DNA of 64,000 nt from Candidatus Bathyarchaeota archaeon (lineage in GTDB: Archaea; Thermoproteota; Bathyarchaeia; TCS64). How positions within the stretch are numbered: the first letter of the stretch is position 1; each line of letters opens with the position of its first letter. Location: positions 224,001 to 288,000 of the forward strand of contig CAVYVF010000022.1 in NCBI GenBank assembly GCA_963771885.1. Reading direction: 5' to 3'. The notes below the pieces were generated by a model. That model ran no database searches. It was given only the letters and a program-made list of their open reading frames with translations, and was not told the origin of the DNA. The position numbers and the translations under genes are program-made. Shown in pieces: positions 19,571-30,302 of the stretch.

Positions 19571-20182
19571 ATGCCTATGGGTGACGAGTTCTTTGTCGTC
19601 GCGGCCCTCGGAGACAGCCTGACGCGCGGCTACAGGATGAGAGATCCCTTCGCCGTGGACCCGCGTGTGCCTTACCCCGCCCAGCTCGAAATGTTACTCA
19701 GGGTGAAGCTGGGGAGGATGGTCTTCGTTGTCAACTCTGGAGTGAACGGTGACCTGACCGAGGGCATGATTAAGAGATTCAACGTTGACATCGCATCCGA
19801 GAGGCCGGACGTCATAGTTGTCTGGGGAGGTATAAACGACCTCGGCCACGCTAGGACACCGGAGCACGTCATGGCTAACCTTGCGAAGCTATATGGGATG
19901 TGCACAGAGAACAAAGCGACCCCAATAGCCTGCACACTCGCGCCGACTCGCCACACGAGCACAGCGATGTTGCGACTAAACGACATGATAAAGGCGCACA
20001 CTTCTGAAAAGGGCATCATCCTCGCTGACCTCTACCCCGCCTTCGCTGATGCCGAGGGAAACCTGAGGCAGGAGTACTCGGACGACGGAGTCCACCTCAC
20101 GGTTGAGGGCTACCGCCGCGTCGCTGAGGTCGTCCTAGACGCCCTCACACCCATCCTCCCGAATAAGAGTCCTGACCAGTAG
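19571..20182 (+). CDS. SGNH/GDSL hydrolase
   Basis: GDSLT, NSGVNG, GGIND, DGVH; start uncertain. Confidence 0.9.
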   Translation: MPMGDEFFVVAALGDSLTRGYRMRDPFAVDPRVPYPAQLEMLLRVKLGRMVFVVNSGVNGDLTEGMIKRFNVDIASERPDVIVVWGGINDLGHARTPEHVMANLAKLYGMCTENKATPIACTLAPTRHTSTAMLRLNDMIKAHTSEKGIILADLYPAFADAEGNLRQEYSDDGVHLTVEGYRRVAEVVLDALTPILPNKSPDQ

Positions 20183-20225
20183 GATTTATAACAAGGTGCC
20201 TCACTAATCTGCTGAGGTTTCAGAT

Positions 20226-20537
20226 TTGACGAAGAAGAGGAGCAGCGGAGGCCATAGCGGTGGCAACAAGGGGAGCTCCGGGTTGGTGCAGTGTAGCATC
20301 TGTGGGGCTCAGGTGCCCCGCGATAAGGCTAAGAGACAGACGAGGTACACGAGCCTCGTCGACTCCCGCCTCCTGAAGGAGCTACAGACACAGGGCTCCA
20401 CAATCCAGCGCACAAAGGTGACAAAGTACTACTGCATCAGCTGTGCAGTACACCGCGGCGTTGTCAAGGTGCGTGGAAAGGAAGAGCGTAAGTTCGTGCC
20501 GAAGCGCCGCAGGACCCGCTCCAGTTCCAGTCTTTAA
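20226..20537 (+). CDS. rps26e: 30S ribosomal protein eS26
   Basis: CSICG..VPRDKA, YCISCAVH. Confidence 0.93.
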   Translation: MTKKRSSGGHSGGNKGSSGLVQCSICGAQVPRDKAKRQTRYTSLVDSRLLKELQTQGSTIQRTKVTKYYCISCAVHRGVVKVRGKEERKFVPKRRRTRSSSSL

Positions 20538-20565
20538 ACCCGTTCTTTTCCGCTTTTCACTTGGA

Positions 20566-21159
20566 CTACTTCGAGTTCCTGTGAAAGTGCAAGGTTCGCT
20601 GAATCACCGTTAGGTGTGAGATGATCGCTAAGAGTATGACACCGTAGTTTAGGAAGTCAAGCCAGTATACCGCAGCGAAGGTCACGGCCGCCAGTATTAT
20701 CATCCTCTCAGCTCGTTCTGCCAATCCGACCCCCGCCATAGCAACGCCCGATGCCTCGGCTCGGGAACGCGTGTAGCTCACCATCAGCGACCCGATGAGA
20801 GCGGCAAATCCGGCTATTGGATCGCAGAGCCCTCCGAGGGTCACACCGGCAAGCACGAAGGCATCGGCGTACCGATCCGAGACCGAGTCGAAGAATCCAC
20901 CGAACTTGGTCACCTTCCCCGTCGTCCTCGCTATCACGCCGTCGATTGCATCGAGAAGCCCTGAGAGGAGTACGAGCACTCCCGCGGTGATGAGCAGAAG
21001 TGGCGACGAGCCCCAACTGTAATAGCAATAAGCTGAGACAAAAGAGACGAGGAGGCCGAAGAGTGTAACAATGTTGGGCGTTATCCCAGCGTCCGCAAGC
21101 GGCTTGACGCCCGCCGCGACGATCCCCTCGAACCGTTTCTTCAGCTTGCTTGAGACCAA
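20566..21159 (-). CDS. CDP-alcohol phosphatidyltransferase (probably archaetidylinositol phosphate synthase)
   Basis: DAIDGVIAR...G..FDSVSDR; SYTRSRAE; ERAER. Confidence 0.88.
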   Translation of the reverse strand: MVSSKLKKRFEGIVAAGVKPLADAGITPNIVTLFGLLVSFVSAYCYYSWGSSPLLLITAGVLVLLSGLLDAIDGVIARTTGKVTKFGGFFDSVSDRYADAFVLAGVTLGGLCDPIAGFAALIGSLMVSYTRSRAEASGVAMAGVGLAERAERMIILAAVTFAAVYWLDFLNYGVILLAIISHLTVIQRTLHFHRNSK

Positions 21160-21237
21160 ACCGCTGAGAACTAAGGCACTGAGGGTATAAGTGTGACGCG
21201 GGGGTGCACCTACAAGTCGTTGCGTTAAACGTGTTAA

Positions 21238-21255
21238 TTAGCACGTATATGTTAA
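21238..21255. promoter_or_regulatory. Inverted repeat TTAGCA-N6-TGTTAA upstream of the purC promoter
   Basis: Precedes GAAAG-TTCATATA BRE/TATA; similar site lies upstream of purS. Confidence 0.4.
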
Positions 21256-21315
21256 AAGAAAGTTCATATACCGAGCAACCTCGGGTATCAGTATTACCTG
21301 TTTACCCGCTTAGAA

Positions 21316-22275
21316 GTGAGATCGATGAAAGAAGCCCACATGGTCGATGATCCCCTAGCCAAGGGGAAGATAGAGGTCGTAAGATACAGCGACGCCGTCA
21401 AAGGTGTCGAGCCCCGCCGTGGCAAGGTACGCGACGTCTACGACCTCGGCAAGGAGATGCTCATAGTTACAACGGACCGGATAAGCGCCTACGACGTCGT
21501 CTTCCCCACACTCATCCCCCACAAAGGAGAGAGCATCAACCGCCTCTCCGAGTTCTGGTTCGGCAAGACGAAGAAGGTTATCCCCAACCACTTCATCAAA
21601 GTCGAGGACGAACGCAGCATGCGCGTCCGCAAGGCAGAGAGGATAGACGTCGAGTTCGTTTGCCGAGCCTACCTATACGGCTCCGCGTGGCGTGCATACC
21701 GCGACGGCGCCCGCACAGTAAGCGGCGTCAAGATCCCCGACGGACTGCACATGGCGGACAAGCTCCCTGAGGTCATACTCACACCGACCACCAAGGCAGA
21801 GGCGGGTCACGACATGGAGATAAGCGGCGAGGAGGCGATCGCCCAAAAACTCGTCACAAAGGACGAGTGGAAGGAGCTAGAGGAGTCCACACTCAAACTC
21901 TTTGCCACCTACCAGAGCCACGCCAAGAGCCGCGGTTTCATCATCCCCGACTTCAAGCTCGAGTTCGGCCGCCTAGACGGCGAGCTCATCCAGATAGACG
22001 AGCCCCCGAGCCACGACTCCGCACGCTTCTGGGCCGAGAAATTCTACGAGCCCGGCAAGCCACAGGAAGCCCATTGCCTCGACAAAGAGTTCCTCCGCGC
22101 CTACCTACGCGAGGTGGACTACATGGGGAATGGCCCCGCCCCCGAGATCCCCGCGCCCGTCGTCAAGCAGGTGTCTATGCGCTGCGTGGCCAGCTACGAG
22201 GTCCTCAGTGGAAAGAAGAGCCTCGGCGACTATGCGCTGAAGAACGTCGATCAGGTTATGAGGGAACTCAAGTGA
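21316..22275 (+). CDS. purC: SAICAR synthetase (start could be 21325 or 21340)
   Basis: GKVRDVY, TDRISAYD, TPTTK, DFKLEFG. Confidence 0.95.
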   Translation: MRSMKEAHMVDDPLAKGKIEVVRYSDAVKGVEPRRGKVRDVYDLGKEMLIVTTDRISAYDVVFPTLIPHKGESINRLSEFWFGKTKKVIPNHFIKVEDERSMRVRKAERIDVEFVCRAYLYGSAWRAYRDGARTVSGVKIPDGLHMADKLPEVILTPTTKAEAGHDMEISGEEAIAQKLVTKDEWKELEESTLKLFATYQSHAKSRGFIIPDFKLEFGRLDGELIQIDEPPSHDSARFWAEKFYEPGKPQEAHCLDKEFLRAYLREVDYMGNGPAPEIPAPVVKQVSMRCVASYEVLSGKKSLGDYALKNVDQVMRELK

Positions 22276-23719
22276 GCCTTGCGGAGAAGTGTGGCGTCTT
22301 CGGCGCCTATGTGGATGGGGACGTTTTTCCCACCCTTTACTGGGGGATGCTCGCCCAGAACCACAGGGGGCACCAGAGCCACGGCTTCGCCACATGGAAC
22401 GGCCAGATTGACTTCTACACCCAGCTCGGACTCATCCCACCGAACCAGGGATTCGGATACAACATCAAGAAACTAGCCGGCTCAGTCGGTATAGCAAACG
22501 TCCGCTACGCGACATCAGGCAGCCTAGACGTCGGATCTAGACAACGCGACGCCATGCCTATACTCGTCAAGGGCGAGAAAAGGAGCCTCGTAATAAGTTT
22601 CAACGGAAATATTGTGAACGTCCGCGATCTGCAGAAGCGGGTCGGCGTTGACCAGAGCTACTCCGACACCCACGCCTTGGCCCTGCTCATCCTCCAGACA
22701 CTGGAGAAGACGGGAAGCATCGAGGAGGCTGCACGCGCCTGCATGGCGGGGATAGACGGCAGCTTCGCAGTCACCGGCCTCGCCGACGACGGCACGCTCT
22801 TCGCTTTTAAGGACTCGATAGGCGTCAAGCCCCTCTGCTACGGCAAGTCGAACGAGTCCACGCGTTCAGCTCGGAGAGCGTCGGACTCGATATAAATGGC
22901 ATAAAGTTCGACCACGAGTTACGCCCCGGCGAGTTCATGGCCGTCGAGGAGGGTGAGGCGCTCAAGAGGCAACTCGCCACGAGCTCTCGGCGGGCTTTCT
23001 GCGCCTTCGAGTTCGCATACTTCATGCGCCCGGACAGCCGCGTCGACGGGAGATTTGTCTACCAGGCGCGCGTCGACTTCGGCAAGGCGCTCGCACGCGT
23101 CTACGAGGAGAAGGCGAAGAGATGCGACATAGTCGTCAGCCTACCCGAGACGGCGGACGATGCCGCCTACGGCTTCCACGAGGAGGCTGGCATACCCTGG
23201 GAGCGCGCCACGAGGCGTCACCGCTACGTCACCCAGCGCGCTTTCATAACGGATGCCGAGGATAGGAAGAGCGTCATCTTCAGGAAGGTCAACATTCTGG
23301 AGCCACTCATCAAGGGCAAGAGCCTAGCCGTCGTCGACGATAGTATAGTCCGCGGCGACACGACGAAGGGCACCGTCAAGAGGCTGCGTGCTGCCGGGGC
23401 GAAGGAGATTCACCTCTTCATAACCTACCCCAGAATCATTGGGCCCTGCTTCTACGGGATCGACATGGCGACTTACTCGCAGCTCATAGGCGCACGCATG
23501 ACCCCAGAGGAGATCGCGAAGGATGTGGGCGCGGATAGCGTCAACTACCTTGGCATCGACGACTACATCGCCTGCACGGGCTTCTCGAAGGCCCAGCTCT
23601 GCCTAGGCTGTATAACGAATGGCTACCCTACGCCAATGGCGGACTCCCTCGCAAAGCAGATGTGGGAGCGTGTCAAGCAGGGCGGCTCCGAGAAAGGGCG
23701 TATCTACGAGTCGGTCTAG
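22272..23719 (+). CDS. purF: Amidophosphoribosyltransferase; -1 frameshift near 22856
   Basis: EKCGVFG, HRG, RYATSG, CAFE, VDDSIVRGDT, PCFYGID. Confidence 0.9.
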
Positions 23720-24513
23720 GCGCTACTCTTGAGCGTCCTGTAAGTGTCGAAGGCAGCCCTCGAAATCATGTGCGCCAGCATCGACCTGTATACCCACGAC
23801 TCAGGGTTCTGCTCGTAGTACTCCTTCACGTCGACGCGCCTCCCGTCGGGGAGTGTCATCTCCTCGCGCTTGAGCCGCGTCTCCCACTCCAGCCCCTCAA
23901 CCTCAGCGTAGTCGATCTTCAGGTTCGACTTGCAGAGGAGGATCGTCGGCCACTCAGAGTCTGAGTCGAAGAAGCGCCCTTTAGAGTAACGGAGGATGAC
24001 CTCCGCTGCCTCACTAGAGATGCCACGGGATGCGGCGGTGATGTCAACGTTTTTCCTGTAGATGAGTGAGAATACCCTGTTCGCTATCGCCTCGGTTTCT
24101 ATCTGGTTCCGGGGGTGAGTCAGGAAAGCCCTGGGGGTCCTGCCTAGGATCATGAAGTCATTCAAGGAAATACGCGCCACAGTCTCGCGCAACTCACTAG
24201 GGAAATTCGACGCCCAGTGCAGCACCCGATCCATGTCAACAATATGGAAGTGACTTGTACTGCCGTTCAGCCCCGCCCTGAGCACCCTGCGGCGCGAGTC
24301 TGAGATATAGTCGACGCCAATATTGCTCTTGGGCGCGACGAGAACCCAGCCTGACGTTTCGAGGGCATCAACCACTTTCGGGCTCGTCATCTTGGTCACG
24401 ACAACAAGTCGCCGGTCGTAGAGTTCCCCGAGGAGCTGCGCCTGCTCATTGAGAGGGGCTATACTCCACCCGACCGAGTCGTGGAGCGTCGAGACGAGGG
24501 TGACGCGGGGCAT
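23716..24513 (-). CDS. Hypothetical protein, possible GT-A-like fold
   Basis: Long ORF with VDMDR (DxD-like) motif. Confidence 0.65.
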   Translation of the reverse strand: MPRVTLVSTLHDSVGWSIAPLNEQAQLLGELYDRRLVVVTKMTSPKVVDALETSGWVLVAPKSNIGVDYISDSRRRVLRAGLNGSTSHFHIVDMDRVLHWASNFPSELRETVARISLNDFMILGRTPRAFLTHPRNQIETEAIANRVFSLIYRKNVDITAASRGISSEAAEVILRYSKGRFFDSDSEWPTILLCKSNLKIDYAEVEGLEWETRLKREEMTLPDGRRVDVKEYYEQNPESWVYRSMLAHMISRAAFDTYRTLKSSA

Positions 24514-24544
24514 GCTGTAAGAGGACGGAGCCACAAATTTATCT

Positions 24545-24739
24545 CTACACGCTTGTGCTGAGCCACATCAGTGCTAAGCCGATGACAGCGAGCACGGTCC
24601 CGACGACACGCCTGTTCTTCTGAAGGAACTCCACTTGACCGAGCATCTCCCTCATGAAGGGGGAGTTGGTGGCGAGGACGACGCCGATGAGGGCTAAGAA
24701 GAAGCCGATTGGAAGCAGAAACTGGCCGAAGGCACTCAT
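24545..24739 (-). CDS. Small 2-TM membrane protein
   Basis: 64 aa, two hydrophobic helices. Confidence 0.65.
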   Translation of the reverse strand: MSAFGQFLLPIGFFLALIGVVLATNSPFMREMLGQVEFLQKNRRVVGTVLAVIGLALMWLSTSV

Positions 24740-24781
24740 GACGATATACTACGCAGTACACCCCGGATAAGGGTTCCCCGC

Positions 24782-26047
24782 CTACTCCTCGGGCTTGGCG
24801 GGGTCCTTAACGAGCAGGATAAACAGCAAGCCAATCACCAGCATCGCCCCAGCGAGGATAAGCCAAGGGAGTGATGTGTCGAAGCCGTACACATACCCAC
24901 TCAGGAACGCCCCGATGGTAAGGAAGGTCTTCGAGAGTATGCTGTTTGCCATAACGTTCCTCATCATGTGCAGGCCCCCTCCACCGACGAGGGCCATCGC
25001 CCTCCCCCTCACGCTTCTGGGGGTAAGATCGGCGAAGAGGCTCCTCAGTGACGGATTGAGGAAGGAGTCCACAACTGCCCCCGCGAATGCAAGAACGAGC
25101 ACCTCGGTATAAGAGGATGCTACGAGGAACATGAACGATATAGTGCCCCCCGAGATAATGCAGATACCCGCAACCAGTTTCTTAGACATCCGGTCAACAA
25201 GTTGCCCCGCAGGTATCCCGAGCACGACGCCCACTACCCCTGAAAGCATGATCACCGTTGCCCACTCGCCTAAGCTCAGCCCGATGATCTGCGTAGCCCT
25301 GATGATCCAGAAGCTATTCGCGAACGAGGCGGAGAAGACGAGAGCGGTAACGAGGATCGACACGATCCAGAGCTCCCTCGTGATCCCAGACAATGTCGTA
25401 AAGACGCCCTTATATGAGTCGACGAGCAGGCGGGCGATGCCCCGCGGCGACGTGTCGAGCCTCTTAGGGTCAGTTAGTGTCTCCTTGAGGAACCTCAGCC
25501 TGAAGAGGGCGAGGGCCGAGGCGATTATGAAAGAGCTGAAGTACAGGCCCCTCATCGCGGTCCGCATGCCGAGCACCCCGATGAAGAACGCGCCTGCCAG
25601 CGGCGCGATGAGGCCGAAGGCAGCGGGAACGGACTCTATGACGGCGAAGCCGAGTCCCCGGTGCCGCGGCGGAATAGAGTCCGCCATAAGCGCCTGTATC
25701 GCTGGCCAGTAGAAGGTAGTCAGGTTCTGAAGGAACATGCCGAGGGCGAGCCACTGCCACGAGTCACCGAGACCCGTCACGAGGAACGCGAAGGCGTACA
25801 TGAAGGTCATGTAGCCGATAAGCTTGATCCGCCCCTGGTAATCGGCGATGTACCCGCCGAGAGGGTAGAGGAGCATGCTCGCGAGACTCGCCCCAGACAT
25901 GATGTACCCGATCGTCTGGTAATTGCCGCCCAGTTCCAGCACGTAGAGGCTGACGAAGGGCACAACAATGTCAACTGTTGACCTCCAGACGCACTCACAC
26001 ACCGTCATAATGAGGGCGTTTCCCTTGAGGAACTCGGGCAGTTTCAT
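24782..26047 (-). CDS. MFS transporter (paralog of 17758-19023)
   Basis: YPLGGYIADYQGRIK and QALMADS shared with the paralog. Confidence 0.9.
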   Translation of the reverse strand: MKLPEFLKGNALIMTVCECVWRSTVDIVVPFVSLYVLELGGNYQTIGYIMSGASLASMLLYPLGGYIADYQGRIKLIGYMTFMYAFAFLVTGLGDSWQWLALGMFLQNLTTFYWPAIQALMADSIPPRHRGLGFAVIESVPAAFGLIAPLAGAFFIGVLGMRTAMRGLYFSSFIIASALALFRLRFLKETLTDPKRLDTSPRGIARLLVDSYKGVFTTLSGITRELWIVSILVTALVFSASFANSFWIIRATQIIGLSLGEWATVIMLSGVVGVVLGIPAGQLVDRMSKKLVAGICIISGGTISFMFLVASSYTEVLVLAFAGAVVDSFLNPSLRSLFADLTPRSVRGRAMALVGGGGLHMMRNVMANSILSKTFLTIGAFLSGYVYGFDTSLPWLILAGAMLVIGLLFILLVKDPAKPEE

Positions 26048-26143
26048 GGGGGCAACCTGACGAAACGATTGAGGCACGCCAACGCAATATAACATCTCCC
26101 CCGCGGAGCTACTTTCATAAGCTGACCAGGGGGATTCTAAGCC

Positions 26144-26584
26144 ATGCCAAAGGTCGCCATAATCGTCGGCAGCGACTCGGATAAGGAGCTGAGCGAGGCA
26201 GCCGCCACCATCCTGAAGGAGTTCGAAGTCGATTACGAGCAGAAGACCCTCTCCGCCCACAGGAACCCGAAAGCCCTCGCCGAGTACGTCGAGGGCACCG
26301 ACGCACAGGCATTCATCTGCATCGCGGGCCTCGCCGCTGCCCTCCCCGGGGTCGTCGCCGCGCAGACCATCAAACCTGTTATCGGCGTCCCAAAGGAGGT
26401 CAAACTCGGAGGCATGGACTCCTTGCTAAGTATAGTACAGATGCCAACGGGCGTCCCAGTGGCCACGGTCGGGATAGATGGCGCTAAGAACGCTGCGCTC
26501 CTCGCCGTCGAGATACTCGCCATATCCGATAAGAAGCTGAGCGACCGCCTCAAAGAATACAGGCACAAACGTGCATCCGCGTAG
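26144..26584 (+). CDS. purE: N5-CAIR mutase / AIR carboxylase
   Basis: GSDSD, SAHR, SIVQMP.GVPVATV. Confidence 0.95.
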   Translation: MPKVAIIVGSDSDKELSEAAATILKEFEVDYEQKTLSAHRNPKALAEYVEGTDAQAFICIAGLAAALPGVVAAQTIKPVIGVPKEVKLGGMDSLLSIVQMPTGVPVATVGIDGAKNAALLAVEILAISDKKLSDRLKEYRHKRASA

Positions 26585-26699
26585 AATATTGCTGAGCGAC
26601 AAGCAAATGCCCTAAATAAACGTCAAGATTACTCTTTTCCTACCAAAACTGAGGTATAGACCTAGGAAAATGACGTAGATAAAGGAAAAACGGTGAAGA

Positions 26700-27512
26700 C
26701 TAGAAGCGCCTCTCCGTGTACCTGACGATGCTCTCATAGAAGGGGCGACCGTCGCCGTAGCGCTTCATCCCCTTCCTCGTCCACTCGGGCATGAGCCAGC
26801 CGTCGTAGGCGCGCTCCGGGTGTGGCATCAAGCCGAGCACTGTCCCCTCGGGGTTGCAGATGCCCGCGATGTCGTGGAAGGCGCCGTTTGGGTTCTCAGG
26901 CCAACTCCCCTCCGCGTACGAGCCGTCTGCCTTAACGTAACGCCAGACGAGCATGTCGCGGTCATAGAGGCTCTTGAGCATCTCATCCTCGCCCTCCTTC
27001 GGGAAGACGAAGCGCCCCTCACCGTGGGCGACGGGACACGCTATCACGTGGTCCTTATCAAGGTAACCCATCATCCCGCAGTTGCCCCGCCCTATGTACT
27101 TCATCCTGATCCACCGGTTCTGGTACCCGTGGGTGCTATTCGCCAGCGCCGCCTGTGGGTACTTGCTCTTCCCCTCGAAGGCGGGGAGGAAGCCAAGTTC
27201 AACGAGCTGCTGGAATCCGTTGCAGACGCCGAGTACGGGGCGGCCTTCGTCCACGAACTTTTCCAACTCGGGGCCAATCCTGTACTCGCACTCCTTCGCC
27301 CAGATGGCGCCGCTGCGGACGTAGTCGCCGTAGCTGAAGCCGCCGGGGAAGACGAGCACGTTGTAGTCGAGGAGGTTCTTCGTCTTGAAGACGTCCTGCG
27401 TGTGGCGGAGATCGACCTGTACTCCCAGGTCCCTGAAGGCGCGCACCGTCTCAAGGTCACAGTTCGTGCCCGGGGCGCGCATTATCAGGACCCGTATGTC
27501 TTCGCGCTTCAT
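26700..27512 (-). CDS. purQ: FGAM synthase glutaminase subunit
   Basis: PGTNCD, PGGFSYGD, GVCNGFQ, MPHPER. Confidence 0.95.
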   Translation of the reverse strand: MKREDIRVLIMRAPGTNCDLETVRAFRDLGVQVDLRHTQDVFKTKNLLDYNVLVFPGGFSYGDYVRSGAIWAKECEYRIGPELEKFVDEGRPVLGVCNGFQQLVELGFLPAFEGKSKYPQAALANSTHGYQNRWIRMKYIGRGNCGMMGYLDKDHVIACPVAHGEGRFVFPKEGEDEMLKSLYDRDMLVWRYVKADGSYAEGSWPENPNGAFHDIAGICNPEGTVLGLMPHPERAYDGWLMPEWTRKGMKRYGDGRPFYESIVRYTERRF

Positions 27513-29881
27513 CGTCTCGCCTCCAGAGGCGTCTTCCACGCCTTAATCGTCTCCTCGTTCGCCAGGTCGATCACGGTCTTCTTACCCTTCTTTATCCTGA
27601 GATGTGTCTCGGCTGTCACGGTGCCGATGTGCGCCAAAGGTGAGCCCTTCATAAGCTTCTCGAATGCCTCCGCGTCCGCCTCAGGAACCTCGACGAGCAG
27701 GCGCCCATTCGATTCGCTGAAGAGGAGCATGTCGTCCCTCATCTTCTCGGTGGCGGGCACCTTGGCGAGGTCAACCTCGAGCCCTAGCCCACCCGTGAAA
27801 GCCATCTCGGCGAGCGAGACCGCGAGCCCGCCCTCCGACAGGTCGTGACAGGCCCGCACATAGCATGCGTCGATAGCCGCTGTTAGCCGCCTGTAGGCAG
27901 TCGATGTCTTTGCTGCGTCGAGTTTAGGCACAGACGCGCCGAGGAAGCCCTGCATGTGGTAGTACTCCGAGCCACCAAGCTCGGGAGCCGTCTCCCCTAC
28001 TAAATAGAGCCTGTTCCCTGCCGCTTTGAGGTCCATCGTCACGACGCCCTCTACACTCGGCACGATGCCCAGGGCGGTGACTAGGAGCGTCGGTACGATG
28101 GGGCCAAGGGGCGACTCGTTGTAGAGGCTGTCCTTCCCCGAGATGAATGGGGTGCCATATGCTATTCCGAAGTCGTGACATGCTCGGCACGCCTCGACGA
28201 GGCTTCCGATCCTGTCAACGTACTCTGGACTGCCCCAGGTGAAGTTGTCAAGGAGGGCTATCCTGCGCCCGCCTACGGCTACGTTGTTCCTGATCGCCTC
28301 GTCGATGACGCTCGCCGCCATCCAATAGGGGCTAATTTTCCCGTAGCGCGGGTTGATGCCCGAGCTTATCGAGACTCCGACCATGGAGTCGACGAGGGGC
28401 TTGACGACGGCGCCGTCGCTGGGGCCTGCATTCCAGCCCTGCATGGGTTTGACGACGGTCTGTCCTTTAACTTCCTGGTCGTAGCGGCGTACAACCTTCT
28501 CCTTGCTCGCGATGTTGTATGAGGAGAGGAGCTTGAGGAGCACGGCACCGAGATCCTTGGGCGCGTCGAACTTCGGCTCCTCGAGCTTGGGGTCCGTCCA
28601 CTCCGCTTTCCTCGTCGTCTTCGGTGGGTTGAAGAGGGACTTGAGGTGAATGTCAGCGACCTTCACGCCCTTGTAGGTGAGCTTAGCGAGACCCGAGTCG
28701 TTATAGCGACCAATTGCGTTCGCCTCGGTCTGCTCGTCCCTGAAAATCTTGAGTACGCGGTCGAGGTTTTCCGGGGGCACGACGAGGAGCATCCGCTCCT
28801 GGCTCTCAGAGATCCAAATCTCCCAAGGAGCCATCTTCGACGCCTTGAGCGGGATCTTATCGAGGTCGACGTCGATGCCCAAGCCATATTTCTCGGCGGT
28901 CTCGCAGACTCCGCAGCTGAGCCCTCCGCCACCTATGTCAGTGATGGCGGAGCCTAAGCGCAGCTCGCTGATCTGCTGTATGGCGCGCTTGAGTTTCTCC
29001 TCCTCGATGGGGTTAGCGATCTGCACCGCAGGTCGGCTGACCTGCTCCGACTCCTTCGTCAGCTCAGCCGAGGCGAATGTGACTCCATGTATACCATCGA
29101 GCCCCGTCCGCCCCCCGGCGAGGACGCAGTAATCACCCGCCTTCGCTCGGTGGATATACTGGTCAGCCTTGAGGACGCCAACACATCCCGCGTAGACGAC
29201 TACGTTGCCTGTGTATTCGTCCGCGAAGAGGACCGCACCATTCACCGTTGGAATACCTATACTATTGCCGTAGCTACCAATGCCGTCGACTACGCCGCTG
29301 AAGAGATACGACGGGTGCTTCACGCCCTCGGGCAGCTTCCCCCACGGATAGTCGAGGGGACCAAAGCAGAGCACATCGGTACAGGCTATAGGGTCAGCCC
29401 AGACGCCGAGGATATCCCTTATGACACCGCCTAGACCAGTAGCGGCACCGCCGAATGGCTCGATTGCCGACGGGTGGTTATGGGTCTCGACCTTGATGGC
29501 GACCTTGTAGTCCCCCTCGAGGTCTACAATACCCGCGTTGTCCTCGAAAACGCTGAAACACCATGACGGCTTCAGCTCCTCCACGACGCTCCTGATGTAT
29601 GTCTTAAGGAGACCATCGACCCTACCCCTTGGAGTCTCGATGAAGCCTCGGAAGGTCTTGTGACTACAGTGCTCGCTGAAGGTCTGATCGTAAGTCTGTA
29701 GCTCGATGTCCGTAGCCTTCCTCTCGCGGAGCAGGTAGTGATCCCTTATGTACCTGAGCTCCTCGATGCTAAGGCCGAGCCCAAGGGTCTTGCCTATCTC
29801 CCTCAGCTCGTCGTCCTTCGCGTTCAGCAGGTCTACCTCGAAGTGCTCGAAGGCCTGCTTGCTCCGAGTGATCCTGCTCAT
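27509..29881 (-). CDS. purL: FGAM synthase subunit PurL
   Basis: SEHCSH, ETHNHPS, GAATG, SESQERM, HDLSEGG. Confidence 0.96.
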   Translation of the reverse strand: MSRITRSKQAFEHFEVDLLNAKDDELREIGKTLGLGLSIEELRYIRDHYLLRERKATDIELQTYDQTFSEHCSHKTFRGFIETPRGRVDGLLKTYIRSVVEELKPSWCFSVFEDNAGIVDLEGDYKVAIKVETHNHPSAIEPFGGAATGLGGVIRDILGVWADPIACTDVLCFGPLDYPWGKLPEGVKHPSYLFSGVVDGIGSYGNSIGIPTVNGAVLFADEYTGNVVVYAGCVGVLKADQYIHRAKAGDYCVLAGGRTGLDGIHGVTFASAELTKESEQVSRPAVQIANPIEEEKLKRAIQQISELRLGSAITDIGGGGLSCGVCETAEKYGLGIDVDLDKIPLKASKMAPWEIWISESQERMLLVVPPENLDRVLKIFRDEQTEANAIGRYNDSGLAKLTYKGVKVADIHLKSLFNPPKTTRKAEWTDPKLEEPKFDAPKDLGAVLLKLLSSYNIASKEKVVRRYDQEVKGQTVVKPMQGWNAGPSDGAVVKPLVDSMVGVSISSGINPRYGKISPYWMAASVIDEAIRNNVAVGGRRIALLDNFTWGSPEYVDRIGSLVEACRACHDFGIAYGTPFISGKDSLYNESPLGPIVPTLLVTALGIVPSVEGVVTMDLKAAGNRLYLVGETAPELGGSEYYHMQGFLGASVPKLDAAKTSTAYRRLTAAIDACYVRACHDLSEGGLAVSLAEMAFTGGLGLEVDLAKVPATEKMRDDMLLFSESNGRLLVEVPEADAEAFEKLMKGSPLAHIGTVTAETHLRIKKGKKTVIDLANEETIKAWKTPLEARR

Positions 29882-30129
29882 TTCAGCTCACTTATCTCGA
29901 AGCGGTAATCGTCCTTCGTGGGGTTTGTGAGGAGGCGGCGGCACATCTCGTCGATGAGTTTCTCCGCCTTCGCCCTGTTAGCGGCCTCGAAAGCTACTTC
30001 GTACGCCTTGCTCGAGCGCACGTCATCAACCTTGTAGCCTAGCCCCCTGAGGGCGTGGGCGGTAGTCTCTCCCTCGGGGTCGCTATACCCCGCCTTGAGG
30101 GTGACGTAGACTGAGGCCTTGAACTTCAT
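29878..30129 (-). CDS. purS: FGAM synthase subunit PurS
   Basis: DPEG...LLTNP; overlaps purL start. Confidence 0.92.
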   Translation of the reverse strand: MKFKASVYVTLKAGYSDPEGETTAHALRGLGYKVDDVRSSKAYEVAFEAANRAKAEKLIDEMCRRLLTNPTKDDYRFEISELK

Positions 30130-30208
30130 GCCTATTCCATCCACGGTAGGGCTAAAAGCCCTTGGGATAAACAAATGGGTTAATTATTAAAAGGATTTCC
30201 CAGCAAGA

Positions 30209-30226
30209 TTAACACATTCATGTTAT
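30209..30226. promoter_or_regulatory. Inverted repeat TTAACA-N6-TGTTAT upstream of the purS promoter
   Basis: Upstream of minus-strand GAAA..TTTTAATA BRE/TATA; matches the purC site. Confidence 0.4.
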
Positions 30227-30302
30227 ACACCGGGGAGCTGTTTTGTTGCTTCGAAAATGTTTAAGAAGAGAAAGGGTTGGGGTTGGGCGCTCGCCCTACG
30301 GT

